From Polyangiales bacterium (GTDB lineage Bacteria; Myxococcota_A; Polyangia; Polyangiales; Ga0077539): DNA of 64,000 nucleotides. Positions 58,437-64,000 of this stretch are shown here, one piece after another. The DNA lies in contig JBGARZ010000007.1 in NCBI GenBank assembly GCA_044229975.1, forward strand, positions 1 through 64,000. The letters run 5' to 3'. The notes under the pieces were generated by a model, which was not told where the DNA came from, did not search any database, and saw only the letters and a program-made list of their open reading frames with translations. Within the stretch, counting starts at the first letter, position 1. Each line of letters begins with the position of its first letter. The translations under genes and the position numbers were made by a program.

Positions 58437-59498
58437 TCAAGGAAACACATCACCTCCCTCGGCATCGCCCAGATCTCGCGACAACTCAGCCTCGATCTCC
58501 TCGATGCTCGGCAGGCTGGTGTCGAGCGGCGAAGGTAGCGCCCGCACCAGCTCGTACTCGGCCACGCCGATGGGCTTGTCGATGCCCGATAGCGCGTACT
58601 CCGCGACGAGCCGGTTCTTCGTTCGGCAGAGCAGCAGTCCGATGGTGGGCTTGTCGTCGGGCGCCTTCACCTGCGCGTCGATCGCGCTCAGGTAGAAGTT
58701 CAATTGCCCCGCGTGCTCCGGCTTGAAGGCGTGTGCCTTGAGCTCCACCACGACGTAGCACTTCAATCGTACATGGTAGAAGAGCAGGTCGATAAAGAAC
58801 TCCTCCCCGCCGACCTCCAACCGAAACTGCCGACCAACGAACGCGAAGCCCGCCCCGAGCTCCAGCAGAAACCGGGTGATGTGGCGGACGAGGGCGCTCT
58901 CGATGTCGCGCTCCTGGGCTTCGTCCCCGAGGCCGAGGAAGTCGAAGTGGTAGGGGTCCTTGAGGACCTCGCGGACGAGGCTCGCCTCCGATGCCGGGAG
59001 GCGCTGGTCGAAGTTGTTGACTGCCGCACCTTGTCGCAGGTGGAGCTGGTTCTTGATCTGGAGCGTCAGGGTGTCGCGCGGCCAGGACCCACGGAGTGCC
59101 TCGCGGGCGTACCACTCGCGCAGAGACGGGTCGGCGAGCTTGGTCAGCAACGTGACGATGTGGAACCACGGCAATTGGTCAGCAGACTGCTGACCAATTT
59201 GAAGACCAGGGCATTCCTGCGCGAAAACGCGCATGTACTTGAGGTTCGAGACGGACAGCCCCTTCATGTCGGGAAACGCCGCCCGCAGATCGACCGACAG
59301 CCGATCGACGACCCGGGCACCCCATCCCTGCTGCCCCTGCCGTTCGAGGATCTCGCGGCCGATCTCATGGTAGAGGCGAATCTGTTCGCGGTTCGCAGAG
59401 AGCACCGCCTGCTGGCGTGCGCCGCGGATGCGCTGCGTCAGGCTGGCGACCCAGCGCGCATACTCTGGAGGAACTGCCAGGGGCTTGTCATTCGTCAC
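58437..59498 (-). CDS. DUF1016 / YhcG PD-(D/E)xK nuclease-domain protein
   Basis: LYHEIG, GWGARVV, KDPYHFDFL, FLLELGAGFAFVGRQ, IDLLFYH, VVVELK. Confidence 0.93.
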   Translation of the reverse strand: MTNDKPLAVPPEYARWVASLTQRIRGARQQAVLSANREQIRLYHEIGREILERQGQQGWGARVVDRLSVDLRAAFPDMKGLSVSNLKYMRVFAQECPGLQIGQQSADQLPWFHIVTLLTKLADPSLREWYAREALRGSWPRDTLTLQIKNQLHLRQGAAVNNFDQRLPASEASLVREVLKDPYHFDFLGLGDEAQERDIESALVRHITRFLLELGAGFAFVGRQFRLEVGGEEFFIDLLFYHVRLKCYVVVELKAHAFKPEHAGQLNFYLSAIDAQVKAPDDKPTIGLLLCRTKNRLVAEYALSGIDKPIGVAEYELVRALPSPLDTSLPSIEEIEAELSRDLGDAEGGDVFP

Positions 59499-59545
59499 TT
59501 CGAAAGCCTCCCGATCACCGTCACAAGGTGGTCGTGGATCGAGCG

Positions 59546-61297
59546 CTACGCCCGCTCCAACCGCCCGCGCACCATGGCCCGCGCGATGGGGTGGTACCCC
59601 GCCGCCGCCCGCTCGAACACCGTCCGCGCCAGCGCCGCCGTCTCGGGTCGCGCCAGCAGCGCTCCGTACAACGGCGCCAGGTACTTCATCCGCCCGACGC
59701 TCGTCAGCACGCGCTCCACCTCCGGCAGCACCACGTCGTAGCCGCTCGCGAGCGCCACCCGCAGCCACGCCACCTTCACCTCCACGTTGCCCGTCGCGGT
59801 GAACCCGAAGCGCTCATCCAGCGTCGCGCAGTACGCCGCCGTCTGCGGCCGCGGCAGCCGATCGAGCCACAGTTGCCACTCCGTCGCGGTGAGCTTCGTG
59901 CCGGCTTCGGGCAGCGCGTCACCCCGCGCGATGATCGCGTCGAGCCTCTCCGAGCGCGCCGACGGCGCGTTGTCGGGAAGACCCTCGCCGTCGATCCAGC
60001 GGTGCGCCTCGACGCGCGCCAGAACGCCCGGCAGCGCCCGCTCGGTGAAGGCCACGAACCCCTCGGTGGTCACCGCGCCGAAGCGAAACTCCTCCAGGTA
60101 GCGCTTCGCGAACTCATCAAAGGCCACGCGCCCTACCGCCGCTTCGATGGCCCTCAAGAAGAGGTTCCCCTTGTCGTACGGAACCGTACTGAACGCCTCA
60201 TCGGGGTCGACCCCGTCGAGGTGCGTTCGGAGCTTCGTGAGCTCGGCGTGGCCGTCGCGCCTGAAGCGGGCGATGGTCTCTTCGAGGTCGCGGCGGCAGA
60301 TGGCGGCGAGCAGCGTGGCGACGTCGCTGCCCTCCAGCGCCTCGACGATGCGCAGCTCGGCGTAGCGGGTCCATCCCTCGTTGAGCCAGAAGTGCTCGGC
60401 GTGGGCGTTGGTGACGAGGTTGCCCGTCCAGGCGTGGGCGAGCTCGTGCGCGATCACCCGCACCTGCGAGCGGTCGCCCGCGAGGAGCGTCGGCGTGACG
60501 AAGGTGAGCCGCGGGTTCTCCATGCCGCCGTACGGAAACGATGGCGGCATGACGAGGATGTCGAAGCGGTCCCACGCGTACGGGCCGAAGAGGGACTCAC
60601 CCGCGTCGAGCATGCCGTTGACGCCATCGAACTCCCACGCCGCGCGGTCGACCACCGAGGGCTCTGCCCACACGCGGCTGCGCGGCCCGAGCTCACGCGA
60701 CGCGAGGTCGCCCACCGCGAAGGCGAAGAGGTACGGAGCGATGGGCTGCGGCATGGTCCAGCGCTCGATGGCCACGGCACCCTCGACGTCGCGTCCCTCG
60801 AAGCCGGCGGCCATCAGTCCGCGCAACGCGGCGGGCACCGTGAGCGTCGCGCGAAAGGTGATGCGCCGCTGCGGCGAGTCCTGCAACGGAACCACCGACC
60901 GCGCGTGGATGGCCTGGCACTGCGAGAAGAGAAAGGGCTGTGCGCCGCCCGCCGTCTGCGCGGGGTCGAGCCACTGGAGCGCGCTGGCGTCGGCGGCGGT
61001 GCGGTAGCTGATGGCGACGGAGCGGGTGTCGTCGGCGAGGGTGAGCGAGAGGCGCGCGCCGAGGATGGCGTCTTCGTCGTGCAGCGCGAAGGGGACGGGT
61101 CGCCCGTGGTCGTCGGTGACGGCGCTGATGGAGAGCGCGCGCGTGTCGAGGTCGAGCGGTCCCGACGCGGGGGCGTCGAGGTGCAGCGTGGCCGTCGCGT
61201 CGAGGGTGTGGGCGGCGAAGTCGACGCGGGCGTTCCAGACGAGGGCGGTGACCTTCGGGTGGGCGTCGTCGGTGTACGAGTGGGGGTCGATGCGCAT
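59546..61297 (-). CDS. M1 aminopeptidase (leukotriene A4 hydrolase-like)
   Basis: DPHSY, FPYGGMENP, HELAH...NEG, VPYDKG, VGRMKY. Confidence 0.95.
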   Translation of the reverse strand: MRIDPHSYTDDAHPKVTALVWNARVDFAAHTLDATATLHLDAPASGPLDLDTRALSISAVTDDHGRPVPFALHDEDAILGARLSLTLADDTRSVAISYRTAADASALQWLDPAQTAGGAQPFLFSQCQAIHARSVVPLQDSPQRRITFRATLTVPAALRGLMAAGFEGRDVEGAVAIERWTMPQPIAPYLFAFAVGDLASRELGPRSRVWAEPSVVDRAAWEFDGVNGMLDAGESLFGPYAWDRFDILVMPPSFPYGGMENPRLTFVTPTLLAGDRSQVRVIAHELAHAWTGNLVTNAHAEHFWLNEGWTRYAELRIVEALEGSDVATLLAAICRRDLEETIARFRRDGHAELTKLRTHLDGVDPDEAFSTVPYDKGNLFLRAIEAAVGRVAFDEFAKRYLEEFRFGAVTTEGFVAFTERALPGVLARVEAHRWIDGEGLPDNAPSARSERLDAIIARGDALPEAGTKLTATEWQLWLDRLPRPQTAAYCATLDERFGFTATGNVEVKVAWLRVALASGYDVVLPEVERVLTSVGRMKYLAPLYGALLARPETAALARTVFERAAAGYHPIARAMVRGRLERA

Positions 61298-61318
61298 GGG
61301 GCGCGGAGGATAGACCCG

Positions 61319-61377
61319 TGCGCAACGGCCTTGCACAGCCATCGCGGGCTGCACTGCGCAACGGGGTTGCGCAACGC
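61319..61377. promoter_or_regulatory. Three TGCGCAACG copies including palindrome GTTGCGCAAC in a divergent intergenic region
   Basis: Copies start at 61319, 61355 and 61368; palindrome at 61366-61375. Confidence 0.45.
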
Positions 61378-61432
61378 GGTCGCCTTCCGCGGCACAACCC
61401 GCGTGGCACCACCGTTGCGATGGCTCTCGTCC

Positions 61433-61762
61433 ATGAACAAGCAGCCCGTCACCCCGACCACCCTCCGCTACTGGCTCATCGCGTACGTGAGCGAGCTCAC
61501 CAACGTTCGCCCCGACCGCGTCGACCCGCGCCGCTCGCTGCGTCAGTTCGGCGTCGATCGGCGCCTCGTCGCGGAGCTCGCCGTCCGACTGGAGACGCTG
61601 CTGGGACGCCGGGTCCTGCCGTCGACCATCATGTGCCATGACACCCTCGGCGCGCTCTCTGAGCGCCTCGCGGGCGCCCCACGCCGGCTGCCCGTCACCG
61701 TCGAGTCGCTCGACGAGCTGGTGATGTCCGTCACGATGGACGCCTGCGCCGCGCACTGCTGA
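61433..61762 (+). CDS. Acyl-carrier-protein-like protein lacking the phosphopantetheine Ser
   Basis: LRYWL...VDPRRSLRQFGVDR...LETLLG...TLGALSERL. Confidence 0.72.
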   Translation: MNKQPVTPTTLRYWLIAYVSELTNVRPDRVDPRRSLRQFGVDRRLVAELAVRLETLLGRRVLPSTIMCHDTLGALSERLAGAPRRLPVTVESLDELVMSVTMDACAAHC

Positions 61763-61814
61763 GCCGCCCCTCCGCCATGGACGAACGCCCGCCGACTGAG
61801 GCACCGTCCTCTCC

Positions 61815-64000
61815 ATGTCCGCCGGTCGCGCGCTGCGCTGTTTGCTGGCTCTCGGGCTGCTCGTCGCGGTCGGCTGCTCCAGCGGAACGGTCATCGACAA
61901 CGGTCCCCTCGACGACGCGGGCGCCTTCGTCGACGACCTCTTCAAGAAGCCCTGGGACGATCGCGAACCCCTGCCCGACGACACCGGCCTCGGCCTGAGC
62001 AGCGTCTGCGGCGACGGTCGCACCGACCCCGATGAAGCCTGCGACCCGGGCGACGAGTCCACCGCGCCGCCCACCTGCGCGGCGCTCGACCCTGCCTTCG
62101 CCAGCGGTGTCGTCGGCTGCCTGCCGTCGTGTCAGTTCGACGTGTCGTCGTGCACCTACCGCCCGACCGATCCGGCGCTCTGCGGCAACGGTCGCCTCGA
62201 CCCCACCGAGGAGTGCGACCCCATGGGCGCCGCCGTGCGCTGCGAGACGCCCGCCTGGCGCGACGCCCCCGCGCGCTGCTCCGCCGACTGCCGCATCGAC
62301 CGCACCGCGTGCGTCCGTGCGACCCGCTGCGGCAACAACATCACCGAACCCGGCGAGACCTGCGACGACGGCAACACCGCCCGCTGCGACGGCTGCTCCG
62401 ACGCGTGCCTCACCGAGCCCGACGGGCTCTGCGCACCGCCGCCCGACAACCCCCCGCCGCCCGTCGACAACACCCCCGCCACGGGTGACATCCGCGATGC
62501 GCGCGCCCGCTGCCGCGACCCCGGCGTGCTCGCCGCCGCGCAGGCCGGGCCCGAGCTCACCGTCCCCTACGCGCTGCACATCTGCCAGCGCCGCGGGACG
62601 CTCGTGCGCCCGCTCGAAGACGTTCAGTCCGTCATGGACCGCGTGCGCGCCGTCTTCCGCGTGAGCGCGCGCCTCGCCCTCGTCGAGGTCGACGTGCAGT
62701 ACTTCTCCCATCCGTCGTGCCAGTTCGCGCGCGGCAACGAGGCCATCCGCACGCAGATCATCGGCGCCACCACGCCGGGCGTCGTCCCCATCGCCATCGT
62801 CGATGGCCTCACCGACGATGCCTCGGGCCGTCCCCTCGGCGGGCTCGCGCAGGCCGGGCGCGTGGTGTTCGTCTCGGACATCCGTCGCGACACCGGGGTC
62901 ACCGCCACGCCGACGGTGCTCGACGAGCAGGCGCTCACCCACGAGCTCGGTCACTTCTTCGGGCTCGCCCACACCTTCGAGTGCAGCGACGGCCGCGCCG
63001 ACGCCGCCCGCTGCGCGACCACCGGCGACATGCTCTGCGACACGCCCATCGACCGCGGCCCCGCGGGCCTTGCGGACATCGCGGTCTGCGACGACGGCGC
63101 CCACCTCAACGGCTCCTGCGCTCCGTGCAGCGGCGACGGAACCGTCAACCGCCGCTGCCGCTCCACCTGCGTCGGCGCGGCGTGCAGCGCGGCCGAGCCC
63201 GCGGCCCCCGATCGCCTCAACTTCATGGGCTACTACTTCTGCACGCCGGGGCGCTTCACGCCCAACCAGGGGGCGTACCTGCGGTGCGTCGTTCAGAACG
63301 AGATGCGCCGCTACAACCACGGCAACTCGTGCGGCGACAACCAGTGCGACTGGTACGAGGACGACGTCTCGTGCCCGCGCGACTGCGGCGGGAGCTGCCT
63401 GCGCTTCGAGCGCGACGAAGCACCCGGTGGACCTTCCTGCGGCGGCCTCGCGCTCGCGTACACGGCGGCCAGCGTCAACCTCGCCTACTACCCCTTCACC
63501 GTGACGCGCGCGACGCGGCTGCTCTCGGGCGGTCCGTCGTGCGTGGGCGATGGGCGCAACGGGCAGGTCTTCGACGAGCTCGCGCCGGGGCAGATCTTCA
63601 TGGCGCAGTCCAAGCGCAATCGCCGCTGCGGCAACCGCCCCGGCCTCCGCAGCACCCTGGCCGCGGGCTCGTCGCGCTACCGCTTCGGGTATCTCGTCAA
63701 CGCGCTCAACCCGGCCCGTGCCTACGGCTGGGTCGACGTGGCCGCGCTCGGTGACTCACCGCCCGCGACGGGCGCGTGCAACGCGGGTCTCTTCAACGAA
63801 GGCTTCCAGGCGCCGTACAACCCGCGCACCTGCCAGCGGAGCCTGTGCAGCGGCCGCAACACCTGCGCGTCGGCCAACCCCGCGAGCCAGGGCGCTGATG
63901 ACTGCGAGGGCGGCATGCTCGACGAGGCGCGCCCGGTGCGCGAGGTCAACGCGACGGTGCTCCCGATGTACTTCGCGCCGGACTACGCGCCGAAGCGGTT
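61815..64000 (+). CDS. Large lipoprotein with Cys-rich CGxG repeats and an M43-like metalloprotease domain (partial, runs off the window)
   Basis: MSAGRALRCLLALGLLVAVGC; CGDG/CGNG and CDDGN repeats; HELGHFFGLAHTF starting at 62940; Met-turn-like NFMGY. Not in the ORF track; no in-frame stop seen before the window end. Confidence 0.85.
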   Translation, partial: MSAGRALRCLLALGLLVAVGCSSGTVIDNGPLDDAGAFVDDLFKKPWDDREPLPDDTGLGLSSVCGDGRTDPDEACDPGDESTAPPTCAALDPAFASGVVGCLPSCQFDVSSCTYRPTDPALCGNGRLDPTEECDPMGAAVRCETPAWRDAPARCSADCRIDRTACVRATRCGNNITEPGETCDDGNTARCDGCSDACLTEPDGLCAPPPDNPPPPVDNTPATGDIRDARARCRDPGVLAAAQAGPELTVPYALHICQRRGTLVRPLEDVQSVMDRVRAVFRVSARLALVEVDVQYFSHPSCQFARGNEAIRTQIIGATTPGVVPIAIVDGLTDDASGRPLGGLAQAGRVVFVSDIRRDTGVTATPTVLDEQALTHELGHFFGLAHTFECSDGRADAARCATTGDMLCDTPIDRGPAGLADIAVCDDGAHLNGSCAPCSGDGTVNRRCRSTCVGAACSAAEPAAPDRLNFMGYYFCTPGRFTPNQGAYLRCVVQNEMRRYNHGNSCGDNQCDWYEDDVSCPRDCGGSCLRFERDEAPGGPSCGGLALAYTAASVNLAYYPFTVTRATRLLSGGPSCVGDGRNGQVFDELAPGQIFMAQSKRNRRCGNRPGLRSTLAAGSSRYRFGYLVNALNPARAYGWVDVAALGDSPPATGACNAGLFNEGFQAPYNPRTCQRSLCSGRNTCASANPASQGADDCEGGMLDEARPVREVNATVLPMYFAPDYAPKR

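Noticed and set aside
780..63320. Numerous long antisense or alternate-frame ORFs in the track (e.g. 1688-3301 minus, 17899-19965 plus, 59417-61432 plus, 61731-63320 minus)
   Set aside because: Shadow ORFs expected at high GC; they are Arg/Pro/Gly-rich, motif-free and overlap well-supported genes

Overview
High-GC (roughly 70% by eye) bacterial window, most consistent with a myxobacterium given the DUF1592/DUF1552 pair, Cys-rich lipoproteins, eukaryotic-type Ser/Thr kinase and HEAT protein. About 55 CDS can be supported. Housekeeping genes: ppa, selA, lysC-lysA, menF-menD-menH, a long-chain acyl-CoA ligase, M1 and M32 peptidases, and a DnaQ-like exonuclease. Accessory modules: a TPR-YaiO / toroid / GT2 / receiver / giant-HEAT polysaccharide-type cluster; a CEPT-like phosphotransferase / UPF0104 / diiron lipid cluster; a P-loop ATPase + mosaic partner + Rpn-like block; a double desaturase + AraC unit; and a vapBC remnant near a DUF1016 gene. 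The most striking unexplained structure is a family of three long hairpin elements sharing a CGCMAGG-N-CGCAAGG-NN-CGCAAGG core. One copy has a 9-bp flanking direct repeat and sits in frame (198 bp) inside a lipoprotein signal peptide. Other oddities: several degenerate active-site or attachment residues, two in-frame internal deletions, and a C-to-G skew gradient along transcription units. No rRNA, tRNA or CRISPR array was found. All family calls come from motif recognition by eye, not database searches.
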